Source: Auanema rhodensis
Taxonomy: Eukaryota; Animalia; Nematoda
Assembly: GCA_964057225.1 (NCBI GenBank)
Contig: OZ059898.1
Coordinates: 20,212,001-20,276,000 of the forward strand
Length of the DNA stretch: 64,000 nt
Direction of reading: 5' to 3'
This document shows positions 12,803-25,300 of the stretch, in pieces. The notes under the pieces were generated by a model. It was not told where the DNA came from, did no database searches, and saw only the letters and a program-made list of their open reading frames with translations. Within the stretch, counting starts at the first letter, position 1. Every line of letters starts with the position of its first letter. Made by a program: the position numbers and the translations under genes.

Positions 12803-15800
12803 AGATAAAGAGATGCGGTTTTCAAAATTAGATTCCCCATGTCCATATTAGTCTAAAAACGAATTTTTATTGATATTGGTGCATGGTAACCATGACTTTG
12901 AAATTTACGTGAACTTTAATTTATGCTAATTAAGTGTACACATGATGTGCACTTGGTATGTAACTCGCTTCACGTCAAAGATAAAGAGATGCGGTTTTCA
13001 AAATTAGATTTCGCATGTCCATATTAGTCTAATAACAAATTTTTATTGATATTGGTGCATGGTAACCATGACTTTGAAATTTACGTGAACTTTAATTTAT
13101 GCTAATTAAGTGTACACGTGATGTGCACTTGGTATGTAACTCGCTTCACGTGAAAGATAAAGAGATGCGGTTTTCAAAATTAGATTCCCCATGTCCATAT
13201 TAGTCTAAAAACGAATTTTTATTGATATTGGTGCATGGTAACCATGACTTTGAAATTTACGTGAACTTTAATTTATGCTAATTAAGTGTACACATGATGT
13301 GCACTTGGTATGTAACTCGCTTCACGTCAAAGATAAAGAGATGCGGTTTTCAAAATTAGATTTCGCATGTCCATATTAGTCTAATAACAAATTTTTATTG
13401 ATATTGGTGCATGGTAACCATGACTTTGAAATTTACGTGAACTTTAATTTATGCTAATTAAGTGTACACGTGATGTGCACTTGGTATGTAACTCGCTTCA
13501 CGTGAAAGATAAAGAGATGCGGTTTTCAAAATTAGATTCCCCATGTCCATATTAGTCTAAAAACAAATTTTTATTGATATTGGTGCATGGCAACCATGAC
13601 TTTCAAATTTACGTGAACTTCAATTTATGCTAATTAAGTGTACACGTGATGTGCACTTGGTATGCAACTCGCTTCACGTCAAAGATAAAGAGATGCGGTT
13701 TTCAAAATTAGATTTCGCATGTCCATATTAGTCTAAAAACGAATTTTTATTGATATTGATGCATGGTAACCATGACTTTGAAATTTACGTGAACTTTAAT
13801 TTATGCTTATTAAGTGTACACGTGATGTGCATTTGGTATGTAACTCGCTTCAAGTGAAAGATAAAGAGATGCGGTTTTCAAAATTAGATTCCCCATGTCC
13901 ATATTAGTCTAAAAACAAATTTTTATTGATATTGGTGCATGGTAACTATGACTTTGAAATTTACGTAAACTTTAATTTATGCTAATTAAGTGTACACATG
14001 ATGTGCACTTGGTATGTAACTCGCTTCACGTCAAAGATAAAGAGATGCGGTTTTCAAAATTAGATTTCGCATGTCCATATTAGTCTAAAAACAAATTTTT
14101 ATTGATATTAGTGCATGGTAACCATGACTTTGAAATTTACGTGAACTTTAATTTATGCTAATTAAGTGTACACGTGATGTGCACTTGGTATGTAACTCGC
14201 TTCACGTGAAAGATAAAGAGATGCGGTTTTCAAAATTAGATTCCCCATGTCCATATTAGTCTAAAAACAAATTTTTGTTGATATTGGTGGATGGTAATCA
14301 TGACTTTGAAATTTACGTGAACTTTAATTTATGCTAATTAAGTGTACACGTGATGTGCACTTGGTATGTAACTCGCTTCACGTGAAAGATAAAGAGATGC
14401 GGTTTTCAAAATTAGATTCCCCATGTCCATATTAGTCTAAAAACAAATTTTTATTGATATTGGTGCATGGCAACCATGACTTTCAAATTTACGTGAACTT
14501 CAGTTTATGCTAATTAAGTGTACACGTGATGTGCACTTGGTATGTAACTCGCTTCACGTGAAAGATAAAGAGATGCGGTTTTCAAAATTAGATTCCCCAT
14601 GTCCATATTAGTCTAAAAACAAATTTTTATTGATATTGGTGCATGGCAACCATGACTTTCAAATTTACGTGAACTTTAATTTATGCTAATTAAGTGTACA
14701 CGTGATGTGCACTTGGTATGTAACTCGCTTCACGTGAAAGATAAAGAGATGCGGTTTTCAAAATTAGATTCCCCATGTCCATATTAGTCTAAAAACAAAT
14801 TTTTATTGATATTGGTGCATGGCAACCATGACTTTCAAATTTACGTGAACTTTAATTTATGCTAATTAAGTGTACACGTGATGTGCACTTGGTATGTAAC
14901 TCGCTTCACGTGAAAGATAAAGAGATGCGGTTTTCAAAATTAGATTCCTCATTTCCATATTAGTCTAAAAACGAATTTTTATTGATATTGATGCATGGTA
15001 ACCATGACTTTGAAATTTACGTGAACTTTAATTTATGCTTATTAAGTGTACACGTGATGTGCACTTGGTATGTAACTCGCTTCAAGTGAAAGATAAAGAG
15101 ATGCGGTTTTCAAAATTAGATTTCCCATGTCCATATTAGTCTAAAAACAAATTTTTATTGATATTGGTGCATGGTAACTATGACTTTGAAATTTACGTGA
15201 AATTTAATTTATGCTAATTAAGTGTACACATGATGTGCACTTGGTATGTAACTCGCTTCACGTCAAAGATAAAGAGATGCGGTTTTCAAAATTAGATTTC
15301 GCATGTCCATATTAGTCTAAAAACAAATTTTTATTGATATTGGTGCATGGTAACCATGACTTTGAAATTTACGTGAACTTTAATTTATGCTAAGTAAGTG
15401 TACACGTGATGTGCACTTGGTATGTAACTCGCTTCACGTGAAAGATGAAGAGATGCGGTATTCAAATTTAGGTTCCCCATGTCCATATTAGTCTAAAAAC
15501 AAATTTTTGTTGATATTGGTGGATGGTAACCATGACTTTCAAATTTACGTGAACTTCAATTTATGCTAATTAAGTGTACACGTGATGTGCACTTGGTATG
15601 TAACTCGCTTCACGTGAAAGATAAAGAGATGCGGTTTTCAAAATTAGATTCCCCATGTCCATATTAGTCTAAAAACAAATTTTTATTGATATTGGTGCAT
15701 GGTAACCATGACTTTGAAATTTACGTGAACTTTAATTTATGCTAATTAAGTGTACACGTGATGTGCACTTGGTATGTAACTCGCTTCACGTGAAAGATAA

Positions 15801-18800
15801 AGAGATGCGGTTTTCAAAATTAGATTCCCCATGTCCATATTAGTCTAAAAACGAATTTTTATTGATATTGGTGCATGGTAACCATGACTTTGAAATTTAC
15901 GTGAACTTTAATTTATGCTAATTAAGTGTACACATGATGTGCACTTGGTATGTAACTCGCTTCACGTCAAAGATAAAGAGATGCGGTTTTCAAAATTAGA
16001 TTTCGCATGTCCATATTAGTCTAATAACAAATTTTTATTGATATTGGTGCATGGTAACCATGACTTTGAAATTTACGTGAACTTTAATTTATGCTAATTA
16101 AGTGTACACGTGATGTGCACTTGGTATGTAACTCGCTTCACGTGAAAGATAAAGAGATGCGGTTTTCAAAATTAGATTCCCCATGTCCATATTAGTCTAA
16201 AAACGAATTTTTATTGATATTGGTGCATGGTAACCATGACTTTGAAATTTACGTGAACTTTAATTTATGCTAATTAAGTGTACACATGATGTGCACTTGG
16301 TATGTAACTCGCTTCACGTCAAAGATAAAGAGATGCGGTTTTCAAAATTAGATTTCGCATGTCCATATTAGTCTAATAACAAATTTTTATTGATATTGGT
16401 GCATGGTAACCATGACTTTGAAATTTACGTGAACTTTAATTTATGCTAATTAAGTGTACACGTGATGTGCACTTGGTATGTAACTCGCTTCACGTGAAAG
16501 ATAAAGAGATGCGGTTTTCAAAATTAGATTCCCCATGTCCATATTAGTCTAAAAACAAATTTTTATTGATATTGGTGCATGGCAACCATGACTTTCAAAT
16601 TTACGTGAACTTCAATTTATGCTAATTAAGTGTACACGTGATGTGCACTTGGTATGCAACTCGCTTCACGTCAAAGATAAAGAGATGCGGTTTTCAAAAT
16701 TAGATTTCGCATGTCCATATTAGTCTAAAAACGAATTTTTATTGATATTGATGCATGGTAACCATGACTTTGAAATTTACGTGAACTTTAATTTATGCTT
16801 ATTAAGTGTACACGTGATGTGCATTTGGTATGTAACTCGCTTCAAGTGAAAGATAAAGAGATGCGGTTTTCAAAATTAGATTCCCCATGTCCATATTAGT
16901 CTAAAAACAAATTTTTATTGATATTGGTGCATGGTAACTATGACTTTGAAATTTACGTAAACTTTAATTTATGCTAATTAAGTGTACACATGATGTGCAC
17001 TTGGTATGTAACTCGCTTCACGTCAAAGATAAAGAGATGCGGTTTTCAAAATTAGATTTCGCATGTCCATATTAGTCTAAAAACAAATTTTTATTGATAT
17101 TAGTGCATGGTAACCATGACTTTGAAATTTACGTGAACTTTAATTTATGCTAATTAAGTGTACACGTGATGTGCACTTGGTATGTAACTCGCTTCACGTG
17201 AAAGATAAAGAGATGCGGTTTTCAAAATTAGATTCCCCATGTCCATATTAGTCTAAAAACAAATTTTTGTTGATATTGGTGGATGGTAATCATGACTTTG
17301 AAATTTACGTGAACTTTAATTTATGCTAATTAAGTGTACACGTGATGTGCACTTGGTATGTAACTCGCTTCACGTGAAAGATAAAGAGATGCGGTTTTCA
17401 AAATTAGATTCCCCATGTCCATATTAGTCTAAAAACAAATTTTTATTGATATTGGTGCATGGCAACCATGACTTTCAAATTTACGTGAACTTCAGTTTAT
17501 GCTAATTAAGTGTACACGTGATGTGCACTTGGTATGTAACTCGCTTCACGTGAAAGATAAAGAGATGCGGTTTTCAAAATTAGATTCCCCATGTCCATAT
17601 TAGTCTAAAAACAAATTTTTATTGATATTGGTGCATGGCAACCATGACTTTCAAATTTACGTGAACTTTAATTTATGCTAATTAAGTGTACACGTGATGT
17701 GCACTTGGTATGTAACTCGCTTCACGTGAAAGATAAAGAGATGCGGTTTTCAAAATTAGATTCCCCATGTCCATATTAGTCTAAAAACAAATTTTTATTG
17801 ATATTGGTGCATGGCAACCATGACTTTCAAATTTACGTGAACTTCAATTTATGCTAATTAAGTGTACACGTGATGTGCACTTGGTATGCAACTCGCTTCA
17901 CGTCAAAGATAAAGAGATGCGGTTTTCAAAATTAGATTTCGCATGTCCATATTAGTCTAATAACAAATTTTTATTGATATTGGTGCATGGTAACCATGAC
18001 TTTGAAATTTACGTGAACTTTAATTTATGCTAATTAAGTGTACACGTGATGTGCACTTGGTATGTAACTCGCTTCACGTGAAAGATAAAGAGATGCGGTT
18101 TTCAAAATTAGATTCCCCATGTCCATATTAGTCTAAAAACGAATTTTTATTGATATTGGTGCATGGTAACCATGACTTTGAAATTTACGTGAACTTTAAT
18201 TTATGCTAATTAAGTGTACACATGATGTGCACTTGGTATGTAACTCGCTTCACGTCAAAGATAAAGAGATGCGGTTTTCAAAATTAGATTTCGCATGTCC
18301 ATATTAGTCTAATAACAAATTTTTATTGATATTGGTGCATGGTAACCATGACTTTGAAATTTACGTGAACTTTAATTTATGCTAATTAAGTGTACACGTG
18401 ATGTGCACTTGGTATGTAACTCGCTTCACGTGAAAGATAAAGAGATGCGGTTTTCAAAATTAGATTCCCCATGTCCATATTAGTCTAAAAACAAATTTTT
18501 ATTGATATTGGTGCATGGCAACCATGACTTTCAAATTTACGTGAACTTCAATTTATGCTAATTAAGTGTACACGTGATGTGCACTTGGTATGCAACTCGC
18601 TTCACGTCAAAGATAAAGAGATGCGGTTTTCAAAATTAGATTTCGCATGTCCATATTAGTCTAAAAACGAATTTTTATTGATATTGATGCATGGTAACCA
18701 TGACTTTGAAATTTACGTGAACTTTAATTTATGCTTATTAAGTGTACACGTGATGTGCATTTGGTATGTAACTCGCTTCAAGTGAAAGATAAAGAGATGC

Positions 18801-21800
18801 GGTTTTCAAAATTAGATTCCCCATGTCCATATTAGTCTAAAAACAAATTTTTATTGATATTGGTGCATGGTAACTATGACTTTGAAATTTACGTAAACTT
18901 TAATTTATGCTAATTAAGTGTACACATGATGTGCACTTGGTATGTAACTCGCTTCACGTCAAAGATAAAGAGATGCGGTTTTCAAAATTAGATTTCGCAT
19001 GTCCATATTAGTCTAAAAACAAATTTTTATTGATATTAGTGCATGGTAACCATGACTTTGAAATTTACGTGAACTTTAATTTATGCTAATTAAGTGTACA
19101 CGTGATGTGCACTTGGTATGTAACTCGCTTCACGTGAAAGATAAAGAGATGCGGTTTTCAAAATTAGATTCCCCATGTCCATATTAGTCTAAAAACAAAT
19201 TTTTGTTGATATTGGTGGATGGTAATCATGACTTTGAAATTTACGTGAACTTTAATTTATGCTAATTAAGTGTACACGTGATGTGCACTTGGTATGTAAC
19301 TCGCTTCACGTGAAAGATAAAGAGATGCGGTTTTCAAAATTAGATTCCCCATGTCCATATTAGTCTAAAAACAAATTTTTATTGATATTGGTGCATGGCA
19401 ACCATGACTTTCAAATTTACGTGAACTTCAGTTTATGCTAATTAAGTGTACACGTGATGTGCACTTGGTATGTAACTCGCTTCACGTGAAAGATAAAGAG
19501 ATGCGGTTTTCAAAATTAGATTCCCCATGTCCATATTAGTCTAAAAACAAATTTTTATTGATATTGGTGCATGGCAACCATGACTTTCAAATTTACGTGA
19601 ACTTTAATTTATGCTAATTAAGTGTACACGTGATGTGCACTTGGTATGTAACTCGCTTCACGTGAAAGATAAAGAGATGCGGTTTTCAAAATTAGATTCC
19701 CCATGTCCATATTAGTCTAAAAACAAATTTTTATTGATATTGGTGCATGGCAACCATGACTTTCAAATTTACGTGAACTTTAATTTATGCTAATTAAGTG
19801 TACACGTGATGTGCACTTGGTATGTAACTCGCTTCACGTGAAAGATAAAGAGATGCGGTTTTCAAAATTAGATTCCTCATTTCCATATTAGTCTAAAAAC
19901 GAATTTTTATTGATATTGATGCATGGTAACCATGACTTTGAAATTTACGTGAACTTTAATTTATGCTTATTAAGTGTACACGTGATGTGCACTTGGTATG
20001 TAACTCGCTTCAAGTGAAAGATAAAGAGATGCGGTTTTCAAAATTAGATTTCCCATGTCCATATTAGTCTAAAAACAAATTTTTATTGATATTGGTGCAT
20101 GGTAACTATGACTTTGAAATTTACGTGAAATTTAATTTATGCTAATTAAGTGTACACATGATGTGCACTTGGTATGTAACTCGCTTCACGTCAAAGATAA
20201 AGAGATGCGGTTTTCAAAATTAGATTTCGCATGTCCATATTAGTCTAAAAACAAATTTTTATTGATATTGGTGCATGGTAACCATGACTTTGAAATTTAC
20301 GTGAACTTTAATTTATGCTAAGTAAGTGTACACGTGATGTGCACTTGGTATGTAACTCGCTTCACGTGAAAGATGAAGAGATGCGGTATTCAAATTTAGG
20401 TTCCCCATGTCCATATTAGTCTAAAAACAAATTTTTGTTGATATTGGTGGATGGTAACCATGACTTTCAAATTTACGTGAACTTCAATTTATGCTAATTA
20501 AGTGTACACGTGATGTGCACTTGGTATGTAACTCGCTTCACGTCAAAGATAAAGAGATGCGGTTTTCAAAATTAGATTTCGCATGTCCATATTAGTCTAA
20601 TAACAAATTTTTATTGATATTGGTGCATGGTAACCATGACTTTGAAATTTACGTGAACTTTAATTTATGCTAATTAAGTGTACACGTGATGTGCACTTGG
20701 TATGTAACTCGCTTCAACTGAAAGATAAAGAGATGCGGTTTTCAAAATTAGATTCCCCATGTCCATATTAGTCTAAAAACAAATTTTTGTTGATATTGGT
20801 GGATGGTAACCATGACTTTCAAATTTACGTGAACTTCAATTTATGCTAATTAAGTGTACACGTGATGTGCACTTGGTATGTAACTCGCTTAGCGTCAAAG
20901 ATAAAGAGATGCGGTTTTCAAAATTAGATTCCCCATGTCCATATTAGTCTAAAAACGAATTTTTATTGATATTGATGCATGGTAACCATGACTTTGAAAT
21001 TTACGTGAACTTTAATTTATGCTTATTAAGTGTACACGTGATGTGCATTTGGTATGTAACTCGCTTCAAGTGAAAGATAAAGAGATGCGGTTTTCAAAAT
21101 TAGATTCCCCATGTCCATATTAGTCTAAAAACAAATTTTTATTGATATTGGTGCATGGTAACTATGACTTTGAAATTTACGTAAACTTTAATTTATGCTA
21201 ATTAAGTGTACACATGATGTGCACTTGGTATGTAACTCGCTTCACGTCAAAGATAAAGAGATGCGGTTTTCAAAATTAGATTTTGCATGTCCATATTAGT
21301 CTAAAAACAAATTTTTATTGATATTGGTGCATGGTAACCATGACTTTGAAATTTACGTGAACTTTAATTTATGCTAATTAAGTGTACACGTGATGTGCAC
21401 TTGGTATGTAACTCGCTTCACGTGAAAGATAAAGAGATGCGGTTTTCAAAATTAGATTCCCCATGTCCATATTAGTCTAAAAACAAATTTTTATTGATAT
21501 TGGTGCATGGTAACCATGACTTTGAAATTTACGTGAACTTTAATTTATGCTAATTAAGTGTACACGTGATGTGCACTTGGTATGTAACTCGCTTCACGTG
21601 AAAGATAAAGAGATGCGGTTTTCAAAATTAGATTCCCCATGTCCATATTAGTCTAAAAACGAATTTTTATTGATATTGGTGCATGGTAACCATGACTTTG
21701 AAATTTACGTGAACTTTAATTTATGCTAATTAAGTGTACACATGATGTGCACTTGGTATGTAACTCGCTTCACGTCAAAGATAAAGAGATGCGGTTTTCA

Positions 21801-22349
21801 AAATTAGATTTCGCATGTCCATATTAGTCTAATAACAAATTTTTATTGATATTGGTGCATGGTAACCATGACTTTGAAATTTACGTGAACTTTAATTTAT
21901 GCTAATTAAGTGTACACGTGATGTGCACTTGGTATGTAACTCGCTTCACGTGAAAGATAAAGAGATGCGGTTTTCAAAATTAGATTCCCCATGTCCATAT
22001 TAGTCTAAAAACGAATTTTTATTGATATTGGTGCATGGTAACCATGACTTTGAAATTTACGTGAACTTTAATTTATGCTAATTAAGTGTACACATGATGT
22101 GCACTTGGTATGTAACTCGCTTCACGTCAAAGATAAAGAGATGCGGTTTTCAAAATTAGATTTCGCATGTCCATATTAGTCTAATAACAAATTTTTATTG
22201 ATATTGGTGCATGGTAACCATGACTTTGAAATTTACGTGAACTTTAATTTATGCTAATTAAGTGTACACGTGATGTGCACTTGGTATGTAACTCGCTTCA
22301 CGTGAAAGATAAAGAGATGCGGTTTTCAAAATTAGATTCCCCATGTCCA

Positions 22350-25300
22350 TATTAGTCTAAAAACAAATTTTTATTGATATTGGTGCATGGCAACCATGAC
22401 TTTCAAATTTACGTGAACTTCAATTTATGCTAATTAAGTGTACACGTGATGTGCACTTGGTATGCAACTCGCTTCACGTCAAAGATAAAGAGATGCGGTT
22501 TTCAAAATTAGATTTCGCATGTCCATATTAGTCTAAAAACGAATTTTTATTGATATTGATGCATGGTAACCATGACTTTGAAATTTACGTGAACTTTAAT
22601 TTATGCTTATTAAGTGTACACGTGATGTGCATTTGGTATGTAACTCGCTTCAAGTGAAAGATAAAGAGATGCGGTTTTCAAAATTAGATTCCCCATGTCC
22701 ATATTAGTCTAAAAACAAATTTTTATTGATATTGGTGCATGGTAACTATGACTTTGAAATTTACGTAAACTTTAATTTATGCTAATTAAGTGTACACATG
22801 ATGTGCACTTGGTATGTAACTCGCTTCACGTCAAAGATAAAGAGATGCGGTTTTCAAAATTAGATTTCGCATGTCCATATTAGTCTAAAAACAAATTTTT
22901 ATTGATATTGGTGCATGGTAACCATGACTTTGAAATTTACGTGAACTTTAATTTATGCTAATTAAGTGTACACGTGATGTGCACTTGGTATGTAACTCGC
23001 TTCACGTGAAAGATAAAGAGATGCGGTTTTCAAAATTAGATTCCCCATGTCCATATTAGTCTAAAAACAAATTTTTGTTGATATTGGTGGATGGTAATCA
23101 TGACTTTGAAATTTACGTGAACTTTAATTTATTCTAATTAAGTGTACACGTGATGTGCACTTGGTATGTAACTCGCTTCACGTGAAAGATAAAGAGATGC
23201 GGTTTTCAAAATTAGATTCCCCATGTCCATATTAGTCTAAAAACAAATTTTTATTGATATTGGTGCATGGCAACCATGACTTTCAAATTTACGTGAACTT
23301 CAGTTTATGCTAATTAAGTGTACACGTGATGTGCACTTGGTATGTAACTCGCTTCACGTGAAAGATAAAGAGATGCGGTTTTCAAAATTAGATTCCCCAT
23401 GTCCATATTAGTCTAAAAACAAATTTTTATTGATATTGGTGCATGGCAACCATGACTTTCAAATTTACGTGAACTTTAATTTATGCTAATTAAGTGTACA
23501 CGTGATGTGCACTTGGTATGTAACTCGCTTCACGTGAAAGATAAAGAGATGCGGTTTTCAAAATTAGATTCCCCATGTCCATATTAGTCTAAAAACAAAT
23601 TTTTATTGATATTGGTGCATGGCAACCATGACTTTCAAATTTACGTGAACTTCAGTTTATGCTAATTAAGTGTACACGTGATGTGCACTTGGTATGTAAC
23701 TCGCTTCGCGTCAAAGATAAAGAGATGCGGTTTTCAAAATTAGATTCCCCATGTCCATATTAGTCTAAAAACAAATTTTTGTTGATATTGGTGGATGGTA
23801 ATCATGACTTTGAAATTTACGTGAACTTTAATTTATGCTAATTAAGTGTACACGTGATGTGCACTTGGTATGTAACTCGCTTCACGTCAAAGATAAAGAG
23901 ATGCGGTTTTCAAAATTAGATTTCGCATGTCCATATTAGTCTAAAAACAAATTTTTATTGATATTGGTGCATGGTAACCATGACTTTGAAATTTACGTGA
24001 ACTTTAATTTATGCTAATTAAGTGTACACGTGATGTGCACTTGGTATGTAACTCGCTTCAAGTGAAAGATAAAGAGATGCGGTTTTCAAAATTAGATTCC
24101 CCATGTCCATATTAGTCTAAAAACAAATTTTTATTGATATTGGTGCATGGTAACTATGACTTTGAAATTTACGTGAACTTTAATTTATGCTAATTAAGTG
24201 TACACATGATGTGCACTTGGTATGTAACTCGCTTCACGTCAAAGATAAAGAGATGCGGTTTTCAAAATTAGATTTCGCATGTCCATATTAGTCTAAAAAC
24301 AAATTTTTATTGATATTGGTGCATGGTAACCATGACTTTGAAATTTACGTGAACTTTAATTTATGCTAATTAAGTGTACACGTGATGTGCACTTGGTATG
24401 TAACTCGCTTCACGTGAAAGATAAAGAGATGCGGTTTTCAAAATTAGATTCCCCATGTCCATATTAGTCTAAAAACAAATTTTTATTGATATTGGTGCAT
24501 GGCAACCATGACTTTCAAATTTACGTGAACTTCAATTTATGCTAATTAAGTGTACACGTGATGTGCACTTGGTATGCAACTCGCTTCACGTCAAAGATAA
24601 AGAGATGCGGTTTTCAAAATTAGATTTCGCATGTCCATATTAGTCTAAAAACGAATTTTTATTGATATTGATGCATGGTAACCATGACTTTGAAATTTAC
24701 GTGAACTTTAATTTATGCTTATTAAGTGTACACGTGATGTGCATTTGGTATGTAACTCGCTTCAAGTGAAAGATAAAGAGATGCGGTTTTCAAAATTAGA
24801 TTCCCCATGTCCATATTAGTCTAAAAACAAATTTTTATTGATATTGGTGCATGGTAACTATGACTTTGAAATTTACGTAAACTTTAATTTATGCTAATTA
24901 AGTGTACACATGATGTGCACTTGGTATGTAACTCGCTTCACGTCAAAGATAAAGAGATGCGGTTTTCAAAATTAGATTTCGCATGTCCATATTAGTCTAA
25001 AAACAAATTTTTATTGATATTGGTGCATGGTAACCATGACTTTGAAATTTACGTGAACTTTAATTTATGCTAATTAAGTGTACACGTGATGTGCACTTGG
25101 TATGTAACTCGCTTCACGTGAAAGATAAAGAGATGCGGTTTTCAAAATTAGATTCCCCATGTCCATATTAGTCTAAAAACAAATTTTTGTTGATATTGGT
25201 GGATGGTAATCATGACTTTGAAATTTACGTGAACTTTAATTTATGCTAATTAAGTGTACACGTGATGTGCACTTGGTATGTAACTCGCTTCACGTGAAAG

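Larger units (their letters stand above)
12673..12848 (+). repeat. Reference consensus-type (type A) monomer
   Basis: Carries the majority allele at every variable site I tracked. 58 of 176 bases are G+C and there are 5 CpGs. Confidence 0.9.
10970..23650 (+). repeat. Nested block duplications: about 10970-14850 repeated at about 19770-23650 (50-monomer, 8800 bp offset), plus 17-mer (2992 bp) and 28-mer (4928 bp) offsets
   Basis: 8800 offset: GATTCCTCATTT 11071/19871, ATGAAG 11573/20373, TTTTGCATG 12481/21281, TATGCAAC 13661/22461. 2992 offset: the ATTAGTGC variant base 14110/17102, TATGCAAC 13661/16653. 4928 offset: 14110/19038 and 15445/20373. Confidence 0.85.
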
